A DNA stretch of 64,000 nt from an uncultured Holophagales bacterium. GTDB lineage: Bacteria; Acidobacteriota; Thermoanaerobaculia; Multivoradales; UBA5704. The DNA lies in assembly GCA_963842525.1 (NCBI GenBank), contig CAWJGT010000003.1:1728001-1792000 (forward strand), read 5' to 3'. Position numbers and translations under genes: made by a program. The notes below the pieces were generated by a model. It ran no database searches. It was not told the origin of the DNA and saw only the letters and a program-made list of their open reading frames with translations. This document shows, piece after piece, positions 1 through 11,360 of this stretch (positions within the stretch are counted from its first letter, which is position 1; each line of letters starts with the position of its first letter).

Positions 1-400
1 GGAGGTGTACTTCCTGCCGTCCAAGTCGCTGCAGAACCACCACGGCGGCCTGGTCCTGCTCGGCGACCACATCTACGGCGGCCACGGGCACAACCGGGGC
101 TATCCCATCTGCGTCGAGATGGCGACCGGCAAGGTTGCCTGGGGCGGGGAAGGGGTCGAGACCAAGCACGGCGGCACCGGCTCGGCCGCGGTCACGGCCG
201 CCGACGGCCATCTGTATTTCCGCTATCAGAACGGCCGCATGGCCCTGATCGAAGCCACGCCACAGGGGTACAAGGAGAAGGGCGCGTTCAGCATCCCGGA
301 GGTCAGCCATCCGAGCTGGTCGCATCCGGTGGTGGCCGGGGGCAAGCTCTACCTGCGGGAGCAGGACACGCTGTACGTGTACAACCTGCGGCGCGGCTGA
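1..400 (+). CDS. PQQ-binding-like beta-propeller (BamB-like) protein, 5'-truncated by the window edge
   Basis: Propeller blades such as CVEMATGKVAW and ADGHLYF; C-terminus WSHPVVAGGKLYLR is typical of this family. Confidence 0.75.
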   Translation, partial: EVYFLPSKSLQNHHGGLVLLGDHIYGGHGHNRGYPICVEMATGKVAWGGEGVETKHGGTGSAAVTAADGHLYFRYQNGRMALIEATPQGYKEKGAFSIPEVSHPSWSHPVVAGGKLYLREQDTLYVYNLRRG

Positions 401-403
401 GAT

Positions 404-1027
404 CTACCTCTCGATTCTGGAGCCCGTCGACTCGGCGGGCTCCGACGTGCTCATGAGGCTTGCGGAGGTCACGCCGGTCCGCACGTCCAGAGGCTCAGTC
501 TGCTTGATGGCTCCCTCTTGAATCTGGAAGGGAGAGTAGGAGGCGCTCAGCCAGACGGGCTCGCAACCGCTCTGGCCGCAGGGCTCCGACTGCATGATCT
601 GGGCGAATCCGACGATCTTCGCGGTGCCGGATTTGATGGCCGGGATCGCGATCTCTTCGGTCCAGGCATGCTCACCGTTGGGCGGCAGGTCGAAGGGCTC
701 CTCGCAGGAAGGCTGGTCCGCGTGCTGCTGCGCGAGCGTGTATCCGTATTCGCGGTCGAGCCCCCAGAGATGGACGACGCGCCCTTCGGACAGGCACGTG
801 TGGATCGTCTGGTCTCCGGTGTTGCGGATCGTGAACCGCAGGGGCAGGCGCATACCGCCGGGAGACGTCGCCACGGCGGGCCGGATCTCGAGCTGCAGCG
901 CGCTGTCGGAGGAAGCCACATGATCCGGTGCGAGCACAGGGCTTTTCGCGGCCGAACCACAGGCGAAAGACGAAAACGATAGGGTCAACAGGAGAGCCGT
1001 CCTGATTGTTTTCACGGTCATGGTCAA
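404..1027 (-). CDS. Hypothetical lipoprotein with a probable Ig-like fold
   Basis: Hydrophobic signal peptide ending in lipobox-like SFAC; preceded by a sigma-54 promoter motif. Confidence 0.6.
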   Translation of the reverse strand: MTMTVKTIRTALLLTLSFSSFACGSAAKSPVLAPDHVASSDSALQLEIRPAVATSPGGMRLPLRFTIRNTGDQTIHTCLSEGRVVHLWGLDREYGYTLAQQHADQPSCEEPFDLPPNGEHAWTEEIAIPAIKSGTAKIVGFAQIMQSEPCGQSGCEPVWLSASYSPFQIQEGAIKQTEPLDVRTGVTSASLMSTSEPAESTGSRIER

Positions 1028-1077
1028 AGCACCTCGTCGAGCTTCCGTCGCCGTGAAGCAGCGACAACCTGCCCGTC

Positions 1078-1093
1078 AGCAAGGGACGTGCCA
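1078..1093 (-). promoter_or_regulatory. Sigma-54 (-24/-12) promoter of the lipoprotein gene
   Basis: Minus strand reads TGGCACG-TCCC-TTGCT, matching the TGGCACG-N4-TTGC consensus about 50 nt upstream of the start. Confidence 0.8.
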
Positions 1094-1096
1094 GGA

Positions 1097-1229
1097 GCCC
1101 TCACCCCCTGACCCCCTCCCATCCGCACTCCCTTCCCCCGGGAGAGGGGGAACCGAGAGGGAAGGGTGGTGGCGCCCCTCTCCCGGGTGGGCGTGAGTGC
1201 GGATGGGAGAGGGGGACGGGGGTGAGGGC
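1097..1229. repeat. REP-like palindromic element
   Basis: GCCCTCACCCC...GGGGTGAGGGC long imperfect inverted repeat; related copies near 8133, 11221, 46845 and 51805. Confidence 0.75.
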
Positions 1230-1231
1230 TT

Positions 1232-2875
<1,644 letters not shown>

Positions 2876-2929
2876 TGGTAGATCAGTGTAGCGGGCGAGC
2901 TTGCCGTAGGGCAAGAACAGTGCCATGCA

Positions 2930-3839
2930 TCAATCCTCTTTGGGGCGCAGGCAATAGGACTGAAGGGCGATCCCGAAACGGTTCTTCGCGCTGTAGTGGA
3001 CGGCGACGACCGCATCCCTCTCGGTCTGGAAGCTCGATCCAGCCGGACGGTCTGCCCAGGCCGAGGTCGGTCACCGTGACCACCTGGAGAGGCAGGAGGC
3101 GGAGCGGCACGCCGGCGATCTCCTGACCCGACTCGTCATGGGCCCGGACGTCGGCGCGGGCCGTGTAGGCATCGCTCGCGGCGCTCCTGGAGGGCTTGCC
3201 TTCGACGTCGGACCAGACGACCACCCGGGTGCCGCCGTCGAAGTTGCCGCGGGTGAGGAAGCGGAGGGCGTGCCGGCCGCAGAGGCCCGGGCAGGCGGCG
3301 GCCGGGTCGATGTTGACCAGCGTGTCGCCCTCGCCGAGGGTGCGGCTGCCGTCGAGCAGGAAGTAGTCGCCCCAGAGGGCCGCCGGCGCCGGGTCGCCCA
3401 ACGCCTTGATCCGCACCGAGCCGACGGCGAGGAAGGGGGCCACGGGCGTCGCATAGTAAAGGTTGTCGCGGGGGGAGACCTGGCCCAGCAAGGCCGCCTG
3501 GAGGTGCTTCTGCTCGGTCCGGTTGATCTTGCGGCCCGGCATGGTGCCGGAGATCCAGCTCCGCAGGTCGAAGCTCCGCACCTGGCCCGGAGCGAGGGTG
3601 AGCTGGCATCGCGAGATCGGAACGCCCCAGTTGGTGGAGACGGTGACGGCGATGTCGACGGGGACGTCCGCGTCGTTGCCAACCGCGAACAGGGTGTTGA
3701 TGCCGTTCTGCCGCAGGTCCACCTCGAAGTAGGGGAGAAGGACCTCGGCGGAGGGCCTCTGCTGCGCCGCGGCCGGCCGGCCAGGCAGCGCGGCAAGGGC
3801 CATCACCAGGCAGCTCAGGAGGCTCGCGGGTCTCGTCAT
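2930..3839 (-). CDS. Secreted protein paralogous to the N-terminal domain of the upstream repeat protein; +1 frameshift near 3032
   Basis: Signal peptide, SAEVLLPYFEVDL and ALWGDYF shared with 3916..7893; removing one base after GWIE restores FQTERDAVVAVHYSAKNRFGIALQSYCLRPKED-stop, collinear with the paralogue. Confidence 0.8.
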
Positions 3840-3862
3840 GGATTCTTCCTCTCCAGGATTAG

Positions 3863-3889
3863 AAAAACCCGGCGGCCGGAGCCGCCGGG
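3863..3889 (-). terminator. Intrinsic terminator after the large repeat-protein gene
   Basis: Minus strand CCCGGCGGC-TCCG-GCCGCCGGG-TTTTT. Confidence 0.7.
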
Positions 3890-3915
3890 GGTTTATGGGG
3901 AGAGGGGAGACCGGA

Positions 3916-6900
3916 TCAATCGATGGGGCAACCCAGGTTGTTGTCGCGGTCCAGATCCTCGGCCAGGTCGAGGATGCGGTTCCGGTCACGGCTTGCGAGG
4001 GCCGCATTCACGTCGCTGAGCACGCTCGCCACGCTGCGCGTGTAGGTGACCTCCGGGTGCGAGGCGTTGAGAAGGGCCGCGACGGCTTGCTTCAGCAGGT
4101 TGCCGGCCGCGCCGTTGAGGTCCGAGCCGCCGTTCGAGTAGAGCGCCTCGTGCAGGGTGTCCCAGGCGTGCTCCGAATATCCGGAGGCCGCGGAGAACAC
4201 GTCCTTCACCTTCTGGCTGGTCCGGTAGCCGGTGGACCCCCAGTCACTGGTGTGGTTCTTCCAGAAGCCATGCGAGCAGCCGTCGCAGGTCGGCTGGGGG
4301 GGCTTCTTGCCGTAGTAGTAGCTGGAGTCGTCGTCGCGGACCTGCGAGCCGCAGGGCGGATTCGCGGTGACCGTGGCGGTGTTCTTGTACTGCCCCTCCT
4401 TGGCGGTGCCGGTGAGGGTGCAGGTCATGGTCGCGCCGGGGGCCAGGCTGGTCGCCGGGCAGGTCACGACGCCTTCCTTGTCGTCGACCACCTTGATGCC
4501 GGAGAGGGCCACGTCGCCCTTGTTGGTGACGACGTAGGTCCAGGTCACCGGGGAGCCGACCGGGATCTCGGGGCCCGGGGCGCTGTGGGGCCGCACACCG
4601 TTGGTCCACTTGTCGATGTCGATGTCCGCACGGCTCTCGCCGAAGTAGAAGCTCATGTCGCTCGCGGTGACCGACTGGCCGCCGGGGGAGGTCGCGGTGA
4701 CCGTGCCCTTGTTGCTGTACTGGCAGGCGACGGCGACGCCGGTGCGCGAGCAGGTCATGGACTCGCCGGGCTGGAGGCTGGTCTTGGGGCAGCTCACCAG
4801 GCCTTCCTTGTCGTCGGTGACCACGATGCTGTCGAGGCGGACGTTGCCGGTGTTGGTGACCGCGTACCGCCAGGTCACCGGGCTGCCGACCTTGATGTTG
4901 CGGCCCGGGGCCCTGTCGCACCAGTTGTCGTTGGTGGTCTTGACGATCTTGATCTTCGGGTCTTCGGGCTTGTAGCCGAAGTAGTGGCTGGGGTCCTCGT
5001 CGCGCACCGTGGTGCCCTGGTAGGTGCCGGAGACCTTGCCGATGTTCTTGTACTGCCCTTCCTTGGCCGAGCCGTTGCCGGTGCAGCGCATGCTCTCGCC
5101 GGGCTGGAGGCTGGTCTTCGGGCAGCTCACGGACACGCCCTGGTCGTCGGTGACGCGGACGTCGGAGAGGGCGACGTCGCCGGTGTTGGTGACGAAGTAC
5201 TCCCAGAGGACCGGCTTGCCGACCTCGATGCGGGGACCGGTCGGGGCGTCGGCGTCGTCGCCGTTGGTGTGCTTCTCGATGTCGATCGCGACGTTGTTCC
5301 GGAAGCCGAAGTAGTGGCTGGGGTCCTCGTCGCGGACGGTCTGACCCCTGGGCGAGGTGCCCACGGCGGTGCCGACGTTGCGGTACTGCCCTTCCTTGGC
5401 CGAGCCGTTGCCGGTGCAGCGCATCTGCTCGTCGGGCTGGAGGCTGGTCTTCGGGCAGCTCACGGCCACGCCCTGGTCGTCGGTGACGCGGACATTGGAG
5501 AGGGCCGACTTGCCGGTGTTGGTGACGATGTACTCCCAGAGGACCGGCTTGCCGACCTCGATCCGCGGGCCGGTCGGGACGTTGGCGTCGTCGCCGTTGG
5601 TGAGCTTCTTGATGCTGATCTCCGGGCAGTCGCAGGTCTCGTCCTTGCCGAAGTAGTTGCTGGGGTCGGAGTCACGGACCGTCTTGCCCTTGGGCGAGGC
5701 GCCGGTGGCGGAGCCGATGTTGGTGTACTGGCCCTTGATCGCGGTGCCGTTGCCGGTGCAGCGTATCGTCTCGCCGATCTTGAGGGAGGTCTTGGGGCAG
5801 CTCACGGCCACGCCCTTGTCGTCGGTCACCCTGACGTTCGAAAGGTCGGTGTTGCCGGTGTTGGTGACGAAGTACTCCCAGAGGACCGGGCTGCCGACCA
5901 GGAGCTCGGGCCCCTTGGCCACGTCGGCGTCCTCGCCGTTGGTGTGCTTCTCGATGTCGATCGCCGGGCACTCAGGATCCGACCCGCCGAAGTAATTGCT
6001 GGGGTCCTGATCGCGGACGACCTCACCCTTGGGCGAGGTGCCGGTGACGGAGCCGAGGTTGGTGTACTGGCCTTCCCGGGCCGTGCCGCGGCCGGTGCAG
6101 GTCATGGACTCCTGGATCGCGAGGGTGGTCTTCGGGCAGGTCACGGCCACGCCCTTGTCGTCGGTCACCTTGATGCTTGCGAGGCTCGTATCGCCGATGT
6201 TCTTGACGATGTACTCCCAGAGGACCGGGCTGCCGACCAGGAGCCTGGGGCCGGGGGCGGCGTCGGCGTCCTCGCCGTTGGTGAGCTTCTCGATGTCGAT
6301 TCCCGGATGGTCCGGAGGCGGCGCGCCGGTGTAGTAGGCGGGATCGGTGTCCTTGACCTCGTTGCCGCAGGAGGTGGCGGCGCTGGCGGTGCCGACGTTC
6401 TTGTAGGCGCCGGAGATGGCCTTGCTCTGGGCGGTGCAGGTCATCGTCTCGCCGGGCCGCAGGGAGCCCCTGGGGCAGGTCACGGTGAGCGTCTTGTCGT
6501 CGTCGGTGACCTTGATGTTGTTGAGGGCCACGTCGCCCGTGTTGGTCACGAAGTAGGCCCAGTCGACCGTGTCGCCCAGCCTGACCTCGAGGCCCGGGGC
6601 GGTGTCGGCGTCGGCGCCGTTGACGAGCTTCTCGATGTCGAGCTCCGCGTTCTGGCCGCCGAAGTAGTGGCTCACGTCCTCGGCCTCGACGTCCAGGCCG
6701 TTCGGGGTCTTGCCGAACACGGTGCCGAGGTTCTTGTACTGGCAGGTCTGGGCGACGCCGCGGCCGGTGCAGGTCATGGACTCGCCGGGCTCGAGGGCGT
6801 CCTTCGGGCAGAGCACGTTCACGCCCTGGTCGTCCTCGACCTCGATCTCGGAGATCCGCACGCCGCCGTCGTTGGTCACGATGTAGTCCCACTGCACGGA

Positions 6901-7893
6901 GTCGCCGACCGGGATGGCCGGGCCGGGCGGGAAGTTGGCGTCCTCGCCGTTGGTCAGCTTCTTGAGCTTGAGGCCCGCGCCCGGGGTGATGGTGAACGGC
7001 AGGCAGTAGGACTGCAGAGCGATGCCGAAGCGGCTCTTCGAGCTGTGGTGGACGGCGATGGCGGAGAGCGCCTCGGTCTGGAAATCGAGCCATCCGGCCG
7101 GCTGCGTCAGGCCGAGGCTGGACACCGCCACGACCTGCATGGGCAGGAGCCGGAGCTGGTTGCTGCCGATCGCCTGACCGGCCTCGTTGTAGGCCTTCGC
7201 GCTGGCCGGGAGGACGGCCGTCCCGCCGGAGGTCTTCGAGGGCGTGCCCGCCAGGTCGGACCACACCACCACCTGGGTGCCGCCGTCAAAGGCGCCGCTC
7301 TGGAGGAACCGCAGGGCGTGCCGGTTGCACAGCCCGGGGCAGCCGACGTTCTGGTCGAGGTTGATCAGGGTGTCGCCCTCGCCGAAAGTCTTGGTGCCAT
7401 TGAGGATGAAGTAGTCGCCCCACAGCGCGGCGGGCGCAGGATCGCCCTGCGCCTTGATGCGGACATAGCCGACCGCGAGGTTGGGAGAAACCTGGGTCGA
7501 ATAGTAGAGCTTGTCCTTGGGCGAGGGCTGGCCTATCAGGACGGCCTTGAAGTGGTTTGCCTCGGCCTTGCTCAGCTTCCTGTCGGGGAGGGTGCCGGCC
7601 AGCCAGGGCCGCAGGTCGAACGAGCGGATCTGGTTGGGGGCCAGCGTCACGGTGCTCGTCGAGATGGCGATGCCCCAGTTGGTGTAGACCGTCACCGTTG
7701 CCTTGACGGGTGTGGTCTGGGCGTTGCCGATCGCGAACATGGTGGTGACGCCGGTGGTCGTCTGAAGGTCGACCTCGAAGTACGGCAGGAGCACTTCCGA
7801 GGAGGGCTTCTGCTGCGCTGCTGCCGGCTGCTGTCCAAGCAGCGCGGCAAACACCAGCGCCAGACAGATCTGCGTGTTCTTCCTTGTAGACAT
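3916..7893 (-). CDS. Large secreted surface protein: N-terminal LLPYFEVDL domain, 8 tandem ~115-aa DUF11/DUF7507-like Ig repeats, C-terminal GCSHGFWKNH domain
   Basis: Signal peptide; 8 repeats of IDIEK..NG.DA...GP...G.PV.W.Y.VTNTG...L..V.VTDD....V.CPKT.L.PGE.M.CT......GQY.N.G. Confidence 0.85.
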   Translation of the reverse strand: MSTRKNTQICLALVFAALLGQQPAAAQQKPSSEVLLPYFEVDLQTTTGVTTMFAIGNAQTTPVKATVTVYTNWGIAISTSTVTLAPNQIRSFDLRPWLAGTLPDRKLSKAEANHFKAVLIGQPSPKDKLYYSTQVSPNLAVGYVRIKAQGDPAPAALWGDYFILNGTKTFGEGDTLINLDQNVGCPGLCNRHALRFLQSGAFDGGTQVVVWSDLAGTPSKTSGGTAVLPASAKAYNEAGQAIGSNQLRLLPMQVVAVSSLGLTQPAGWLDFQTEALSAIAVHHSSKSRFGIALQSYCLPFTITPGAGLKLKKLTNGEDANFPPGPAIPVGDSVQWDYIVTNDGGVRISEIEVEDDQGVNVLCPKDALEPGESMTCTGRGVAQTCQYKNLGTVFGKTPNGLDVEAEDVSHYFGGQNAELDIEKLVNGADADTAPGLEVRLGDTVDWAYFVTNTGDVALNNIKVTDDDKTLTVTCPRGSLRPGETMTCTAQSKAISGAYKNVGTASAATSCGNEVKDTDPAYYTGAPPPDHPGIDIEKLTNGEDADAAPGPRLLVGSPVLWEYIVKNIGDTSLASIKVTDDKGVAVTCPKTTLAIQESMTCTGRGTAREGQYTNLGSVTGTSPKGEVVRDQDPSNYFGGSDPECPAIDIEKHTNGEDADVAKGPELLVGSPVLWEYFVTNTGNTDLSNVRVTDDKGVAVSCPKTSLKIGETIRCTGNGTAIKGQYTNIGSATGASPKGKTVRDSDPSNYFGKDETCDCPEISIKKLTNGDDANVPTGPRIEVGKPVLWEYIVTNTGKSALSNVRVTDDQGVAVSCPKTSLQPDEQMRCTGNGSAKEGQYRNVGTAVGTSPRGQTVRDEDPSHYFGFRNNVAIDIEKHTNGDDADAPTGPRIEVGKPVLWEYFVTNTGDVALSDVRVTDDQGVSVSCPKTSLQPGESMRCTGNGSAKEGQYKNIGKVSGTYQGTTVRDEDPSHYFGYKPEDPKIKIVKTTNDNWCDRAPGRNIKVGSPVTWRYAVTNTGNVRLDSIVVTDDKEGLVSCPKTSLQPGESMTCSRTGVAVACQYSNKGTVTATSPGGQSVTASDMSFYFGESRADIDIDKWTNGVRPHSAPGPEIPVGSPVTWTYVVTNKGDVALSGIKVVDDKEGVVTCPATSLAPGATMTCTLTGTAKEGQYKNTATVTANPPCGSQVRDDDSSYYYGKKPPQPTCDGCSHGFWKNHTSDWGSTGYRTSQKVKDVFSAASGYSEHAWDTLHEALYSNGGSDLNGAAGNLLKQAVAALLNASHPEVTYTRSVASVLSDVNAALASRDRNRILDLAEDLDRDNNLGCPID

Positions 7894-7962
7894 CGCCTTC
7901 TCCTTTTTGAACGGTTCCGAAGACCGTTGGGCTTTCTTGTCTCGGTATCGCCCCGGAGAAGG

Positions 7963-7978
7963 GCAAGCCGCGTACCAA
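7963..7978 (-). promoter_or_regulatory. Sigma-54 (-24/-12) promoter of the repeat-protein operon
   Basis: Minus strand TTGGTACG-CGGC-TTGC with correct GG-N10-GC spacing, about 70 nt upstream of the ATG. Confidence 0.7.
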
Positions 7979-7996
7979 CGGACGGATCTTCGTAAC

Positions 7997-8091
7997 TGTC
8001 AGAAAGGAAAGGCTTTGTGGTCTGACACGGCTTTCGTGGAAAGCCGTGTCAGAGAGGTGTCGGCTGTGTCAGGGTCTGTCAGGCGTGTCTG
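7997..8091. promoter_or_regulatory. Candidate upstream activator sequence: 15-bp palindrome plus phased TGTC boxes
   Basis: TCTGACACGGCTTTC-GTG-GAAAGCCGTGTCAGA at 8021-8053; TGTC at 7997, 8047, 8058, 8067, 8077 and 8086. Confidence 0.55.
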
Positions 8092-8132
8092 GCCGGCCCA
8101 GGTGCGCTCTTGCCACGACGGCCGAGCTGCGT

Positions 8133-8186
8133 TCCCCCTCTCCCGGTTGGGGGGAGTGCGATGGGAGAGGGGGACAGGGGGTGAGG
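8133..8186. repeat. REP-like element (partial)
   Basis: CCCCCTCTCCC...GATGGGAGAGGGGGACAGGGGGTGAGG, same family as 1097-1229. Confidence 0.7.
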
Positions 8187-10712
8187 CTACGGCGCCATCA
8201 ACGGCTCGGTCTCGTTGCGCACGTAGAGCTCCATCAGCTTGAAGACCCGCCGGTATTCGTCGAGCCAGCTCGTGGGCTCCTGGAAGCCGTGGGGCTCGAC
8301 CGGGTAGACGGCGGTCTCGAAGTTCTGTTTCTTCAGCTCGATCAGGCGCTGCACCAGGAGGACGGTGTCCTCGAAATGGACGTTGTCGTCCACCATGCCG
8401 TGGCAGAGCAGCAGCGGCTTGGTCAGGCCCGCCGCGTACTCGATGGGCGAGCTGCGGTGGTAGGCCTCGGGGTCGTCTTCCGGCGTGTTCAGGATGTTCG
8501 CCGTGTATTCGTGGTTGTAGTGCGACCAGTCGGTCACCGGCCGCAGGGCGGCGCCGGCGGCGAACAGGTCCGGCTGGCGGAACAGGGCCATGAGGGCCAT
8601 GAAGCCGCCATAGGAGCCGCCGTAGACGCCGATCCGCTTCGGGTCGACATGGCGGTTCTGGATCAGCCAGGCGACGCCGTCCTCCATGTCCTCCAGCTCC
8701 GGGATGCCCATCTGGCGGTAGATCGCGGTGCGCCAGTCGCGGCCGTAGCCGGCGGAGGCGCGGAAGTCCATGTCGATCACCACATAGCCGTGCTGTGTCA
8801 GGTAGGTGTGGAACAGGAACTCGCGGAAGTAGTGGGACCAGCCGAAGTGGACGTTCTGGAGATAGCCGGCGCCATGCACGAACATCACGGCCGGGTACTT
8901 CTCCCCGCGGGCCGGATCAAAGCCCTCCGGCACATAGATCCGGGACCAGATCGCCGGCACGCCATGGGTGGACGGGACCGGCACGATCTCGGGCATGCTC
9001 CACTCCTGGGCCTGGAACTCGGCGGTCACGGTCTGCGTCAGCCGCCGCGCCTCGGCGCCGGGCCGGTTGTCCTGGACGAACAGCTCGAACGGCCGGGTGA
9101 TCTGCGAGTTGAGGAGCAGGAGGCGGCTCTCGCGGGGAGAGAGCTGGTACTCGGTCAGGCCGCCCAGGCGGGTGAGCTGCTCCTTGCGGCCGGTGGCGAC
9201 CTCGACCCGCCAGACGTCGTACCGGCCCGGGTGCTCGGCGTTCGCCGTGTAATAGAGGAAGCGGCCGTCGTGGTCGAGCACGGGGGCCGAGACCTCGAAC
9301 TTGCCGCTGGTGAGGGCCCGGGCGGGGCGGCCGTCCAGGCCCACCAGGTGGAGCTGGGACCAGCCGCTCTCCTCGGAGAGGAGCCAGAGCGTCGCGTTGT
9401 CCTCGAGCCAGCCCATGTCGTTGTAGTCCCAGTTGATCCAGGCCGGATCGGTCAGCCGGTGGCGGTTGACCAGAGTGCGGTTACCTTCCGGGTCTGCCGG
9501 GGCAGCCGGGTCGAGCGTGGCGAGCCAGCGGTCCTTGTTGTCGTAGGCCCGGAGCTGCAGGGCGAGGTGGCGGCCGTCCCGGCTCCAGGTGACCTGGGTC
9601 AACTGGACCGCACGCTCGGAGCCGCACTTCTTGTCGCACTCGTCCTCGCAGTCCCCCTTGCAGTCCGCGCTTTTCTCGTCCGTCTTATCCTTCTCACCCT
9701 TCCCGGCCGTGCCGTCTGTTTTGTCCTTTTCCTCTTTTGCTTCCTGCTTCTCCCGGATCGCTTTCAGAGGATCGTCCATGATCCCGGGCAGGCCCGCGAG
9801 GTCGATCTCGTGCTTCTGATGAGAATCGAGGTCGAGGAGCCAGATCGTGGGGCTGACCGGCTTGCCGGTCCCCACCTTGGAGCGGACCTCCTTGGGGTTG
9901 ACGTAGCCGCTCTCGGTGATCCACTCCGGCATGACCGTCTTCTTGCCCTCGTCCACCTCCTTGGGCAGGGTGGCGACCAGCATGTGCCGTCCGGTGGGGG
10001 AGAGCGACGTGTGCTCGATCTGCACGTCGTCGCCCAGGTGCCAGGGGAGGGGGGCGCGGGTGGGATCGGCGGCCCGCGCGGCGCGGTCGGCCTCCCGCTC
10101 TTCCTCCTCCTTCCTCTTCTTGTCGCGCAGGATGTCGAAGAGGCGGGACTGCTGCTTGTGCAGGAAATCGTCGTCGTCCTTGTCGGCCGGGTCGTCCTCC
10201 AGCAGGAGCTCGGCGGGCTGCGAGGTCAGGCCCGAGGCGATGTCGTAGACGAAGATCGCGTCGCCCCGCTGGTACCAGATGCGCTTGTCGCCAAAGAGGA
10301 AGGTGGGGTCGGTCTCTTCCGCGTTGGTGCGGGTGATCTGGCGCACCGTGCCGCTCTGCAAGTCCTTGAGGAAGAGGTCCCCCTCGCGCGACCAGATCTT
10401 CCACCGCCGGTCGCGGCTGACCTGGCCGGGGGCGTCGGCCACGCCGCGCTGGGCGAGCGGGACGAGCGTGGGCTCGCCGCCGTCCACGTCCACGCGCCAG
10501 AGGTCGAGCTGCTCCTTGCCCAACTGCTTGCGCTGGTAGTAGGCGGCGCGGTCGTCGTCACCCCAGTAGGGGTCCTCCGGCGGCCGGCTGATCCAATCAG
10601 GGTGGGCCATGATTTGCTCCAGGGTGACCGGAGGAGCGGCGAAGGAGGCGGTGGCAAAGGCGGTCAGGAGGAGAAGGAAGACGACAAGGGTGAGAGGACG
10701 CTGGGTTTGCAT
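8187..10712 (-). CDS. Secreted S9 family (DPP-IV/prolyl oligopeptidase-like) peptidase
   Basis: Signal peptide, beta-propeller region, GGSYGG nucleophile, HGMVDDNV (Asp), EPHGF (His). Confidence 0.93.
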   Translation of the reverse strand: MQTQRPLTLVVFLLLLTAFATASFAAPPVTLEQIMAHPDWISRPPEDPYWGDDDRAAYYQRKQLGKEQLDLWRVDVDGGEPTLVPLAQRGVADAPGQVSRDRRWKIWSREGDLFLKDLQSGTVRQITRTNAEETDPTFLFGDKRIWYQRGDAIFVYDIASGLTSQPAELLLEDDPADKDDDDFLHKQQSRLFDILRDKKRKEEEEREADRAARAADPTRAPLPWHLGDDVQIEHTSLSPTGRHMLVATLPKEVDEGKKTVMPEWITESGYVNPKEVRSKVGTGKPVSPTIWLLDLDSHQKHEIDLAGLPGIMDDPLKAIREKQEAKEEKDKTDGTAGKGEKDKTDEKSADCKGDCEDECDKKCGSERAVQLTQVTWSRDGRHLALQLRAYDNKDRWLATLDPAAPADPEGNRTLVNRHRLTDPAWINWDYNDMGWLEDNATLWLLSEESGWSQLHLVGLDGRPARALTSGKFEVSAPVLDHDGRFLYYTANAEHPGRYDVWRVEVATGRKEQLTRLGGLTEYQLSPRESRLLLLNSQITRPFELFVQDNRPGAEARRLTQTVTAEFQAQEWSMPEIVPVPSTHGVPAIWSRIYVPEGFDPARGEKYPAVMFVHGAGYLQNVHFGWSHYFREFLFHTYLTQHGYVVIDMDFRASAGYGRDWRTAIYRQMGIPELEDMEDGVAWLIQNRHVDPKRIGVYGGSYGGFMALMALFRQPDLFAAGAALRPVTDWSHYNHEYTANILNTPEDDPEAYHRSSPIEYAAGLTKPLLLCHGMVDDNVHFEDTVLLVQRLIELKKQNFETAVYPVEPHGFQEPTSWLDEYRRVFKLMELYVRNETEPLMAP

Positions 10713-10788
10713 GTCGCGAAGGATAACAAGGCCTGGGGGAGGGAATGACTACCCACCGGGTCTCAAGTGTGTGTAAGATCCTGCGGTC

Positions 10789-11220
10789 ATGGAACCTCTG
10801 GCCTCCATCCCTGACGATGAGAGCGAGGACCACCTGCGCATCCTGGTGGTGGAAGACGACCCCGAGAGCCTCCAGATGATGGGCGCGCTCCTTGCGCTCT
10901 GGGGGCACGAGCCCAACCTGGTCTCCTCCGGGCCTCCTGCTCTGCTGGCCTTCGATCACGAGCTGCCCGACGTGGTCCTGCTGGACCTGGGGCTCCCCGG
11001 CATGGACGGCTTCGAGGTGGCGCGCAAGATCCGCAGCCGTCCGCGCGGCGGCAGCTCGGTCCTGATCGTCGCGGTCACTGCCTACCGCGGCGAAGAGCAC
11101 CAGCGCCAGGCGCGCGAGGCCGGCTTCGACAAATACCTCATGAAGCCGGTCGACATCGACACCCTGCGCCAGGTTCTCGCCCAAGCCCCCCGCCGCCCCT
11201 CCGGCCCCCAGCCGGTGTGA
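10789..11220 (+). CDS. Single-domain response regulator (receiver)
   Basis: ILVVEDD, VVLLDLGLPGMDG, AVTA, YLMKP. Confidence 0.92.
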   Translation: MEPLASIPDDESEDHLRILVVEDDPESLQMMGALLALWGHEPNLVSSGPPALLAFDHELPDVVLLDLGLPGMDGFEVARKIRSRPRGGSSVLIVAVTAYRGEEHQRQAREAGFDKYLMKPVDIDTLRQVLAQAPRRPSGPQPV

Positions 11221-11286
11221 CCTCACCCCCTGTCCCCCTCTCCCGGGGGAAGGGAGGGCGATGGGAGAGGGGGACAGGGGGTGAGG
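11221..11286. repeat. REP-like palindromic element
   Basis: CCTCACCCCCTGTCCCCCTCTCCC...GGGAGAGGGGGACAGGGGGTGAGG directly after a stop codon. Confidence 0.8.
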
Positions 11287-11360
11287 TTCCCTGCACGCCC
11301 TTTGCACAGTCTTCTATGATCGCGGTGCAACGCGGGGTGCCAGGAAGGGGGAAAGGCCGG

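Noticed and set aside
8508-8517. TTC-GTGGTTG match to the crRNA-like spacer in the S9 peptidase gene region
   Set aside because: Only 7 nt after the PAM, within a coding region; plausible by chance in 64 kb
3838-10748. Very long plus-strand ORFs (1385 aa and 900 aa), and similar ones opposite the NRPS and other genes
   Set aside because: Antisense shadows of high-GC genes; no motifs, while the opposite strand has clear family signatures
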